From an uncultured virus (IMG/VR IMGVR_UViG_3300028559_000007) (lineage: Duplodnaviria; Heunggongvirae; Uroviricota; Caudoviricetes): DNA of 64,000 nt. Made by a program: the position numbers and the translations under genes. Each line of letters opens with the position of its first letter. The first letter of the stretch is position 1. This document shows positions 53,440 to 60,611 of this stretch, piece after piece. Where the stretch lies: IMG/VR virus record IMGVR_UViG_3300028559_000007. The stretch is one strand, 5' to 3'. The notes beneath the pieces were generated by a model. That model did not search any database. It saw only the letters and a program-made list of their open reading frames with translations, and had not been told where the DNA came from.

Positions 53440-53564
53440 ACATATTATATGATAAAATCACGAAAAAGTTTTTACAAATGTAAATAAAATAATTAAACTT
53501 TCCTAATTTTATTTATATAATTAATAAGAATTAGGTTAAACAAGTATATAGTTCCCAAAAATTA

Positions 53565-54077
53565 TTTAATACAATATTTGAACTAGTAGATAAATTAAAA
53601 GATTATTCTCCAAAATTTTCTTTTAGAGATGATAGTTTTTTAATTATACTTAAAGGAGAAAAAGTTCCTGAAAAATTAATGATATTAAAAGAAGACTTAA
53701 TAAATGCTTATAGAAAATTATATAAATTATTAGATGATTTAAATTCATCTCTTATTAAGAGTGGTGAAGATGTAATAGAGAGAATTGTTTTTTTTAATCA
53801 ATTTAATAAACTATCTATTAAATTTTATGATAGTGCAAAAAAATCTCGATATGGTGCATCAAGAAACTTAGATGATCTACATCAACAAAAAATGTTAAGT
53901 GTTTTAGCATCAATTTGCACATCAATGCAAAATAAAGAAGGATTTGAATGGATCAAAGATCAAGAGAAAATTACAGAATATGAAGAAATAAGAGATGAAA
54001 TTAATGATCTAGGATTTAATATAAAATTTAAAGGAACTGATAGTTTTAATTACGAATTAATAATCTATGAACAATAA
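53565..54077 (+). pseudogene. 3' part of the gene disrupted by the transposon
   Basis: Open frame from the duplication (FNTIFELV..) into ORF 53679..54077; reconstituted protein 273 aa. Confidence 0.85.
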
Positions 54078-54079
54078 AT

Positions 54080-54793
54080 TTATATTAACTTATTTTTTAT
54101 TAATTTATCATTAAAATCACCACTTCTTTCAAAATATTTATTTACAACTTTAAAAGATTTATTTACAAATCTACCACTTGATGTTTTAATAACAATTCCT
54201 TCTCTAATACCATTTCTATAATCAGAATTTTTCTCAGACCATTCAACAATATCTGAAATAGAATTAATTTTTAATTTAATAGGTTTAATATATTTAATAT
54301 TTGTTTTAGATAATAATTCTTCAACTACTTCAGGTGATAAAAACTCATAATCCTCAGCAGACCATATATCATAAGCTATAAATAAATCAGGAATTTTGTC
54401 ATAATATAAGGAATGTTTTGCAAACATCCACTCACCATATATTGTAATTGGTGAATAACACAACTCACTAATAATTTTAATATCATCTTCATGTTTATGA
54501 ATCCAATTCCAAGCTGATGTGAATTGCATCTTAGCAGGTGTTTTTATTTTAGTATATCCTTTTTTAAGAATATGACTTCTATTTCGAAGAATGGGTCCAT
54601 CTGTCCAAGATATACCCATATTAGCACCATCAATTTTTTCTTGAATAAAACACTCAAATGGAAATTGCATAGGAGTATCTAACTCGATATCATCGTGAGT
54701 CATATTAGAAATTTCTTTACTAAAATGTGGTATTCTCCAATAGTCTGGGGCAATATTTCTAATTTTCATTTTCTGTATTTTTATATTTATCAT
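54080..54793 (-). CDS. ATP-dependent RNA ligase family protein
   Basis: EKIDGAN, YGEW, FIAYDI, EGIVIK, FKVV; likely start 54769. Confidence 0.85.
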   Translation of the reverse strand: MINIKIQKMKIRNIAPDYWRIPHFSKEISNMTHDDIELDTPMQFPFECFIQEKIDGANMGISWTDGPILRNRSHILKKGYTKIKTPAKMQFTSAWNWIHKHEDDIKIISELCYSPITIYGEWMFAKHSLYYDKIPDLFIAYDIWSAEDYEFLSPEVVEELLSKTNIKYIKPIKLKINSISDIVEWSEKNSDYRNGIREGIVIKTSSGRFVNKSFKVVNKYFERSGDFNDKLIKNKLI

Positions 54794-54932
54794 AAAGATG
54801 CCATATAGATATAGCGCTCAATTCCAACAGAAAAAAGAAAACTTTATCCGTTGGTTTATCATTGGTTAAAAATGTATATACTACAAATCCAATGATTACA
54901 AATATTTCTAATATTGATATTATCTTTTTCAT
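54759..54932 (-). CDS. Small (57 aa) membrane protein absent from the ORF track
   Basis: MKKIISILEIFVIIGFVVYTFL.., overlaps both neighbours as in an operon. Confidence 0.5.
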   Translation of the reverse strand: MKKIISILEIFVIIGFVVYTFLTNDKPTDKVFFFLLELSAISIWHLYDKYKNTENEN

Positions 54933-55204
54933 CTTTTTAATATACTTTGTATTAATTTATCTAAGTTATATTCTCGTAAATTAGTCTCCTCAACTTTTAC
55001 ATGAACTTTACTTTGTCTTATTTTTTCTATTTTAAGTATTCTAAGATACTTGCTATTCCAATATACTAAATTATCATTAGAATTTATAAAGTTAATAACT
55101 TCTTTATTGTTTTTAAACTCTAAAATAACAATTCCCGGTAAATGATCAAATTTTGTTAATTTCCATCTATCTTGATTGGATAAAACTTTTGCGTGTTGTA
55201 TCAT
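54929..55204 (-). CDS. Hypothetical protein (REYNLDKLI tail)
   Basis: ORF in ligase operon. Confidence 0.6.
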   Translation of the reverse strand: MIQHAKVLSNQDRWKLTKFDHLPGIVILEFKNNKEVINFINSNDNLVYWNSKYLRILKIEKIRQSKVHVKVEETNLREYNLDKLIQSILKR

Positions 55205-55859
55205 ATATTTCTAATAGTTTTTTATCTCCGTTAAGTTCTTCAAGAAGAGCTCTTTCTCCATGTAAAGTCTTTACTTTTTGAATCCAATCAATAGTTTTAA
55301 CTTTTACCATCCAAATTTCATCTTTTTGTTTTTTCGTTTTTGAAATACCTTTAACAATGACTCCCTCTTTTAATTTATATTTATTGTTTCTAATATCTTG
55401 AACAAAATCCATTGTATATTTTCCCTTATAAATAATATCTGGTATATGTAAATGTCCAAAATCTTCAATAAAGTTTTTTGGAGTAACAAATCCATGTTTA
55501 TATTGGTCAACATCAAATAGTATAATATCTTTTGGATCACTATCAATATGACGACCAGCAAAGGATTCATCTCCAAAATATTCAGCAAATACTAAAAAAC
55601 TTTCAATTCGTTTATAACTTTTATTTGTTCTGAATACTTTAGGAAGACTATCACCATACTTATTTAAAAATAGTGTGATAGCCTCTCCAAATTGTAAATC
55701 TCTTTCATCAATCATTATATTTCTGGTTCCAAATTTATACCATCCTCTTTTAGGATTCCATTCAGCACGAATATTACTACCATCTAATTTATCAAATGCA
55801 TAGATGTCTTCGTTAAATATACCCTGGTTAAAATATTGTATTCTTGGATAACTTTTCAT
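55167..55859 (-). CDS. RNA ligase-like nucleotidyltransferase
   Basis: DKLDGSN, FAEY, LFDV, EGVIVK, VKVK. Confidence 0.85.
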   Translation of the reverse strand: MKSYPRIQYFNQGIFNEDIYAFDKLDGSNIRAEWNPKRGWYKFGTRNIMIDERDLQFGEAITLFLNKYGDSLPKVFRTNKSYKRIESFLVFAEYFGDESFAGRHIDSDPKDIILFDVDQYKHGFVTPKNFIEDFGHLHIPDIIYKGKYTMDFVQDIRNNKYKLKEGVIVKGISKTKKQKDEIWMVKVKTIDWIQKVKTLHGERALLEELNGDKKLLEIYDTTRKSFIQSR

Positions 55860-55863
55860 AATT

Positions 55864-56070
55864 TTATTTATTTAATTCTTTTTTAATCCACTCTTTAAGC
55901 TGATGCTTTTCAGAGCGTTTTACTCCACGTTTTTCACGTTCAAGATCTTTTTTGATTTTCTTAACCATATTTGGATCTTGTATAAAATGAAGAGCTCTTT
56001 TTCTTTTCTTTATGCTTTGGACCTTTTCTTCATATATGTTTTCAAAGTCCTCGTTAACATCGGTTTTCAT
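55864..56070 (-). CDS. Small basic protein
   Basis: ORF in operon. Confidence 0.55.
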   Translation of the reverse strand: MKTDVNEDFENIYEEKVQSIKKRKRALHFIQDPNMVKKIKKDLEREKRGVKRSEKHQLKEWIKKELNK

Positions 56071-56411
56071 AGTCTTTCAGATTTTTTATAAGCTAATTCA
56101 TAGCTTGAGTTAATTTTTTTATATAGCTTTTCAGCCGTAAATTCTTCTAAATGTTTTCCCTTAGTTTGGATAATATACCACTCAGTATATCCACAATTAA
56201 ATTGTTCTGCTTTAAAGTGACAACCATCATAACAATCGCAAAGTGTTATACCATTCTCCTTTACATATCCACCATTTGGTATATTTTTTCTTGAAGTTAT
56301 ATGATGTGCATCAAGTTTAACATCACTTTTACCGCACATTACACACTTAAAGTTGTCTCTTTCAAAAACATCTTTTCTAAATTTATCTCTTATTTGTTGT
56401 TTGATTTTCAT
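56067..56411 (-). CDS. HNH endonuclease
   Basis: VFERDNFKCVMCG..DAHHI..NGITLC..CH. Confidence 0.88.
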   Translation of the reverse strand: MKIKQQIRDKFRKDVFERDNFKCVMCGKSDVKLDAHHITSRKNIPNGGYVKENGITLCDCYDGCHFKAEQFNCGYTEWYIIQTKGKHLEEFTAEKLYKKINSSYELAYKKSERL

Positions 56412-56439
56412 ATCTGTTTAATTTTTTATTTTTGGGCAT

Positions 56440-56600
56440 AAAAAACCCAGTCAACTTTTGATTGACTGGGTAGATAGTTATAGCACTACTGACCTTGGTC
56501 AATCATTTCTGAATATGTAGTACATTATTTTCATTTATATTATATTTTATTTATTATCTGTTTATATTACAAATATACAAAAAGTTTTTAAACTTCCAAA
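56440..56600 (-). promoter_or_regulatory. Attenuator: promoter, leader peptide MKIMYYIFRND (56534-56499), antiterminator and terminator upstream of the RNA ligase operon
   Basis: TTTG-19-TATATTTG; terminator ACCCAGTCAA/TTGACTGGGT plus U-tract; TGATTGAC at the leader stop is complementary to terminator arm GTCAATCA. Confidence 0.75.
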
Positions 56601-56617
56601 ATTAATTATTTTAGATT

Positions 56618-57109
56618 TTATCTACTTCCATATTGTATACCTTGCAGTACTATTGTTCCATCAGTTCTTTCGTGTATAAATCCAGATGATTTTATTATTT
56701 CTTGTGGAGTATTACCTTTAGAATAATCTGATGAAATGATTACTTCTGTTTCTAATCCCAAAGTTTCAAGATATTGTATAATATCTTTTACTCTAATTTT
56801 AGTATTTGATTTTTCTTGACTCCATTCACCATCAGTCCTTTCACCATCAATCATATATTCTTCTAAACTTTCATTTAAAAAATTTTTAAACTCTTTAATA
56901 TGAGTAAGTTTTTGATCTTTAGCTAAAAACTTCTCAGCATCAATTTTTTTCGAGTTAGGTTTTCTATAAGTTCCTTTCTTTGGTTTTTCAGCTAAATGAT
57001 CTTCACTTGATAAAGTCGAATTATTTGGTTTTTTAGATGAAACATGTCCTTGTTTCTTCATGTCTTTAGACAACTTCTGGTCTTTGTGGTTTATTTGTTT
57101 ATGATTCAT
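56618..57109 (-). CDS. Hypothetical protein
   Basis: ORF; internal HIKEFKNFLNES motif. Confidence 0.6.
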   Translation of the reverse strand: MNHKQINHKDQKLSKDMKKQGHVSSKKPNNSTLSSEDHLAEKPKKGTYRKPNSKKIDAEKFLAKDQKLTHIKEFKNFLNESLEEYMIDGERTDGEWSQEKSNTKIRVKDIIQYLETLGLETEVIISSDYSKGNTPQEIIKSSGFIHERTDGTIVLQGIQYGSR

Positions 57110-57127
57110 AATAGTATATATATTTTT

Positions 57128-57562
57128 TTACCAACCAATATTTTTACTTAAACTTGAATTAAATCCACCAAAATGATTAAATAATCTATCTTTCATATAT
57201 TCACCAGCTTTACCATGAAATAATTTATTATCTGAACTACCATGTCTCCAAAGGTATGCTAACTCACGGTGTGACATACTATCGATCTTTTCTTTGTCTT
57301 CTGGTGATAATTCTTCTTCTTTATTCTCGTTTAATTTGGAAAAAGAGTTGAAATTTAAAATCTTACACTCTTTAACTTTTTCAGGTAAGTTTTTATGTTT
57401 AGTTTTTGCAAATTTCTTTAATTGTTCTTCGGTCATTGAGTTGGCTAATTTCTTTATTTCATCAGCATATTGAGGACTTAAATCTTTAAATTTAACATCG
57501 CCTCTTTTATAAGCAAGTGCTTGGGCCATTAACCGTTGTTGAGCTATTGATTTAGACGGCAT
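57128..57562 (-). CDS. DUF3008-like protein
   Basis: MPSKSIAQQRLM..SMTEEQLKKFAKTKHKNLPEK. Confidence 0.7.
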   Translation of the reverse strand: MPSKSIAQQRLMAQALAYKRGDVKFKDLSPQYADEIKKLANSMTEEQLKKFAKTKHKNLPEKVKECKILNFNSFSKLNENKEEELSPEDKEKIDSMSHRELAYLWRHGSSDNKLFHGKAGEYMKDRLFNHFGGFNSSLSKNIGW

Positions 57563-57626
57563 ATAAGTATTTAATTTTACTTATATATTAACTATAATTA
57601 TTGACTTTTATAAATTGTATCGAAAG

Positions 57627-57715
57627 CAGAGGTAGCCGTAATCGAAACGGGCCCGTCATTACACGGTTCTTGTTTTCCAAACAAGCGAGAGCCACCTGCT
57701 CTACCTACTACCTCT
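57627..57715 (-). tRNA. tRNA-Ser(GGA)
   Basis: AGAGGTA/TACCTCT acceptor, CTTGT-TTGGAAA-ACAAG, long variable arm; non-canonical T arm. Confidence 0.8.
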
Positions 57716-57722
57716 AAATTTG

Positions 57723-57795
57723 TAGTTCCAGTGAGATTCGAACTCACATTATATCTTTCGCAAAGATATGTCCTATCCAATTGGACGATGGAACC
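57723..57795 (-). tRNA. tRNA-Arg(GCG)
   Basis: Full cloverleaf; TATCT-TTGCGAA-AGATA. Confidence 0.88.
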
Positions 57796-57801
57796 TAATT
57801 T

Positions 57802-58500
57802 TTATTTTACTCTACCTCTTAATATATCTGAAATTGTACTTCTAGCACATCCTAATCTTAATGATATTTCTTTATTTGTTAGTCCTTCTTTGTGCCACTC
57901 AAAGACAATTTCTCTATCTATTTTTTTTGAAATTTTTTTTATTTTATAGTTTTTTATTAAATCTATATTTTCTATATAAAAATTCATATCAAAATGTTCA
58001 GAAACGTGACAATTAGAACAAAGTACTTCACATTTTTTTATCTCATTTTTAATAATATTATTCAATTCATGTATTGAGTTTAATCTCTCACTCAAAGATC
58101 CAATTGAAAATGTTTTTTCATTCGGATCTCGATGGTGAAATGTCAATCCTGATGCACACTTATTATATCCACATTTTACACATTTAGCACCGGCATATTC
58201 TAAATAGATAATTTTATCATTTCTTCTTTTATCATTTATGTTTGACTTCTCTGAAAAATGTAATTCTCTATGGCAATTTTGACATAGTAATTGACACTTT
58301 TTAGCTTCCTTTAATATCATGTCAAAAGAACAAGATGATTTCTCACTAATTCGGAACTCTTTTTCTTTATCAACATGATGAAAACAGAGATGTATAAAAT
58401 CATCATTTCCACATATCTGACAACATCCACCTAATTCACTTACTAATAAAATTTTATTTTTTATTCTTCTTATTTTTTGTAATATGTTCTTATTACTCAT
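57802..58500 (-). CDS. Homing endonuclease with two HNH-like domains and C-terminal HTH, inside the tRNA array
   Basis: Two CxxCG..FHH..C..LCxNCH units; NKEISLRLGCARSTIS. Confidence 0.85.
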   Translation of the reverse strand: MSNKNILQKIRRIKNKILLVSELGGCCQICGNDDFIHLCFHHVDKEKEFRISEKSSCSFDMILKEAKKCQLLCQNCHRELHFSEKSNINDKRRNDKIIYLEYAGAKCVKCGYNKCASGLTFHHRDPNEKTFSIGSLSERLNSIHELNNIIKNEIKKCEVLCSNCHVSEHFDMNFYIENIDLIKNYKIKKISKKIDREIVFEWHKEGLTNKEISLRLGCARSTISDILRGRVK

Positions 58501-58542
58501 GGTCGAGTTTTATTTTTATATATAAAAATAAAACTCGACCAT
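58499..58542. promoter_or_regulatory. Perfect 44-bp palindrome overlapping the endonuclease start codon
   Basis: ATGGTCGAGTTTTATTTTTATA/TATAAAAATAAAACTCGACCAT. Confidence 0.8.
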
Positions 58543-58553
58543 TTGTACTTTTG

Positions 58554-58645
58554 CGGAAGTGGTGAGTGCCGACCTCACTCGCCGGTTTTTAGCCGGCCTA
58601 TCACGTTAGCAATGTGACCCCTTTGCCATCATTGGGTACACTTCC
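58554..58645 (-). tRNA. tRNA-Ser(GCT)
   Basis: GGAAGTG/CACTTCC acceptor, loop TTGCTAA, long variable arm; T loop GTCGGCA. Confidence 0.8.
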
Positions 58646-58712
58646 AAAAATAAGAATACAAGGGTTACCAATCTTTACCAGTGGTTAATTGGTGGCTTAT
58701 ATATTCTTTAAG

Positions 58713-58801
58713 CGGAGGTAACAGGAGTCCAACCTGTACGCCGGAGTTTCACCGACCTAGCCGTTTTCAAGACGGTGTACCTCTGTCAACTGGGTACCTC
58801 C
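58713..58801 (-). tRNA. tRNA-Ser(TGA), atypical D and T loops
   Basis: GGAGGTA/TACCTCC, CCGT-CTTGAAA-ACGG, long variable arm. Confidence 0.7.
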
Positions 58802-58809
58802 AAAATTTG

Positions 58810-58898
58810 AGGAGGAAATCAGATTCGAACTGATGAATCATATTTCTACGATTTTCGCTTTTCAAGAGCGACGGAATAAACCACTCTCCCATTCCTCC
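58810..58898 (-). tRNA. tRNA-Ser(TGA)
   Basis: Canonical class II cloverleaf; TCGCT-CTTGAAA-AGCGA. Confidence 0.88.
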
Positions 58899-58904
58899 AA
58901 TAAT

Positions 58905-58977
58905 TCGGTGTCATTCTCCTATTATGATACTATGTGTAGCTATTTCACACGATGGGATTCGAACCCACATCTACCGA
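58905..58977 (-). ncRNA. Circularly permuted tRNA-like RNA (YrlA-type arm order)
   Basis: TCGGT/ACCGA closing stem, then T arm GTGGG-TTCGAAT-CCCAT, loop-closed stem GTGTG/TACAC, D-like arm TCAT-AATAGGAGA-ATGA. Confidence 0.65.
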
Positions 58978-58980
58978 TTG

Positions 58981-59059
58981 ACCTCCAGGTGAGATTCGAA
59001 CTCACATCTATCCGTTACGGTATTTAACTTGTTTCGAAGACAAGGCCGATACAGGAGGT
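58981..59059 (-). tRNA. tRNA-Arg(TCG)-like RNA lacking a D arm, with extended variable region
   Basis: ACCTCC/GGAGGT acceptor, CTTGT-CTTCGAA-ACAAG, GTGAG-TTCGAAT-CTCAC. Confidence 0.65.
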
Positions 59060-59062
59060 TAT

Positions 59063-59102
59063 AAAATAAAAAATCCTCGAACTTTTTCAAATTCGAGGAT
59101 TT
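59063..59102 (-). terminator. Attenuator terminator upstream of the Ser/Arg tRNA block
   Basis: AAATCCTCGAA/TTCGAGGATTT stem plus U-tract on minus strand. Confidence 0.85.
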
Positions 59103-59127
59103 CGTGTATTTTTATTTTAGCAATACA

Positions 59128-59196
59128 TTACCATCTTCGAATTTTATTCGAACTACGACTTGACGACGATAATGATGTATTGTTCATGATTTTCAT
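59128..59196 (-). CDS. Ser/Arg-rich leader peptide MKIMNNTSLSSSSRSSNKIRRW
   Basis: 7 Ser and 3 Arg codons in 22; lies between promoter and terminator; overlaps antiterminator segment. Confidence 0.8.
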   Translation of the reverse strand: MKIMNNTSLSSSSRSSNKIRRW

Positions 59197-59211
59197 ATTA
59201 TTTATATATTA

Positions 59212-59243
59212 CAAATATACTTTTTTGTTTTTAAATTTCCAAA
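59212..59243 (-). promoter_or_regulatory. Bacteroidota-type promoter (TTTG-20-TATATTTG) directly followed by TAATATATA
   Basis: Exact consensus match. Confidence 0.75.
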
Positions 59244-59249
59244 TTTTAT

Positions 59250-59747
59250 TTAAAAATTATCTGATACTTCTCTAATTTCTTTATATTTTTCATAAAATAC
59301 AAACATTTTTTCTGCATCACTTATGTTAAGATATTTTAAAGAAAAGAATGTTGGCATTCCATTTACTGAAGTTGGTCCGGCTTGATCTAAATATTCATAG
59401 ATAAGTCCTATATTTCCCAAGAATACTTTTTTAAAAATTTTATATTCTTGATTATATAATATAATATCATTATCATATTTTTTTTGTTCAATCTCTCTAT
59501 CAACAATATCATAAATTACATTATCTCTTTTACCAGATAATGTACTATTTTCTGATGGATAAGATGGTGATTTAGGAACATCGGGCCCAATAAACATTAA
59601 ACACATGAAACAACTATTAACATCAGAAGATGATCTACAGTGGCGGTCAGTATATATGATTCCATTATATAGATCTTTAGCTATTTTTTTTAGTTCATCT
59701 TCTGTTGATGAATTAATAGTCCATTTATTTATCCAATCTTGTTCCAT
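59250..59747 (-). CDS. Hypothetical protein
   Basis: ORF; IYEYLDQAGP..VNGMP.F motif. Confidence 0.65.
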   Translation of the reverse strand: MEQDWINKWTINSSTEDELKKIAKDLYNGIIYTDRHCRSSSDVNSCFMCLMFIGPDVPKSPSYPSENSTLSGKRDNVIYDIVDREIEQKKYDNDIILYNQEYKIFKKVFLGNIGLIYEYLDQAGPTSVNGMPTFFSLKYLNISDAEKMFVFYEKYKEIREVSDNF

Positions 59748-59764
59748 TTTGTAAATATAATAAT

Positions 59765-60061
59765 TTATTCAATTATATCATTTAAAACTTTACCAAATTG
59801 TATAATATATTGCTCAAGTAATCTAAACTCATTATCTGAATCACCATCAAGTCTATAATGTCTGAAGTTTTTTATATCCATAAATCTCATTTCATAACCA
59901 CAATTAAATGGTGTTTCTATCTGATTAGTGTAGAAAATAGTAAATACTAATCTAGCATTTCCAGAATTAACTCCTTGAACCCATACTTTTGTAATATTAG
60001 GTCTTAATCTAGAGTTAATAATATCTCTTAATTTAATTAATGTAATTGAGAATGTGTCCAT
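59765..60061 (-). CDS. Hypothetical protein
   Basis: ORF. Confidence 0.6.
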   Translation of the reverse strand: MDTFSITLIKLRDIINSRLRPNITKVWVQGVNSGNARLVFTIFYTNQIETPFNCGYEMRFMDIKNFRHYRLDGDSDNEFRLLEQYIIQFGKVLNDIIE

Positions 60062-60086
60062 ATAATTATTTATTTTTAAAGATTTG

Positions 60087-60215
60087 CGGGGAGGGTTGGA
60101 TTCGAACCAACGACTTATATGTTCAAAATATACGAAGTAACTCTTTCGATCAACACTCTTTTCAGAGGTAAAGTTTCAAAAGAGATAGTTTACTCTACCA
60201 CTGAGCTACCTCCCC
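60087..60215 (-). ncRNA. tRNA-like RNA with about 55-nt insertion after the D arm
   Basis: GGGGAGG/CCTCCCC acceptor, D arm GCTC-AGTGGTA-GAGT, T arm GTTGG-TTCGAAT-CCAAC, inserted hairpin CTCTTTT..GAAAAGAG. Confidence 0.7.
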
Positions 60216-60220
60216 ATTTG

Positions 60221-60303
60221 TGGAACTGGTGGGACTCGAACCCACGACGTGATTTATCAGGCGGCTTAAGAGGCCGATGCAATCGCCACTATGCGACAGT
60301 TCC
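60221..60303 (-). tRNA. tRNA-Lys(CTT) with long variable arm
   Basis: CGGC-CTCTTAA-GCCG; variable arm TGAT-AA-ATCA. Confidence 0.82.
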
Positions 60304-60308
60304 GAATG

Positions 60309-60394
60309 TGTGCCTGGTGGGATTCGAACCCACGATGTGGTATTAACCAGACGGTTTAAAAGACCGTTGCTCTCAGCCGCTGAGCGACAAGCAC
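60309..60394 (-). tRNA. tRNA-Lys(TTT) with long variable arm
   Basis: ACGGT-CTTTTAA-ACCGT; variable arm TGGT-TAAT-ACCA. Confidence 0.82.
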
Positions 60395-60399
60395 ATTAG

Positions 60400-60482
60400 T
60401 CCGTCCGGTAGAATTCGAATCTACGATGTCACAAGGAGTCAGATTAAAAGTCTGATGGTATCAGCCACTCACCCACGGACGG
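60400..60482 (-). tRNA. tRNA-Lys(TTT) with long variable region
   Basis: TCAGA-CTTTTAA-TCTGA; 14-nt variable region. Confidence 0.8.
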
Positions 60483-60495
60483 ATTATATATTTTG

Positions 60496-60568
60496 TGCGT
60501 CCGAAGGGATTTGAACCCTTAACCTGCTGGTTAAAAGCCAGCTACTCTAACAATTGAGTTACGAACGC
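60496..60568 (-). tRNA. tRNA-Lys(TTT)
   Basis: Class I cloverleaf; GCTGG-CTTTTAA-CCAGC. Confidence 0.9.
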
Positions 60569-60611
60569 GGTTTACTTTCGGGTCGGTTCGTGAATCAACC
60601 ACTTACCAACC

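Larger units (their letters stand above)
47405..53556 (-). mobile_element. IS1595-family cargo transposon, 6152 bp
   Basis: Perfect 26-bp terminal inverted repeats GGGAACTATATACTTGTTTAACCTAA (47405-47430; 53531-53556); 8-bp duplication AAAAATTA (47397-47404; 53557-53564); transposase inside. Confidence 0.95.
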
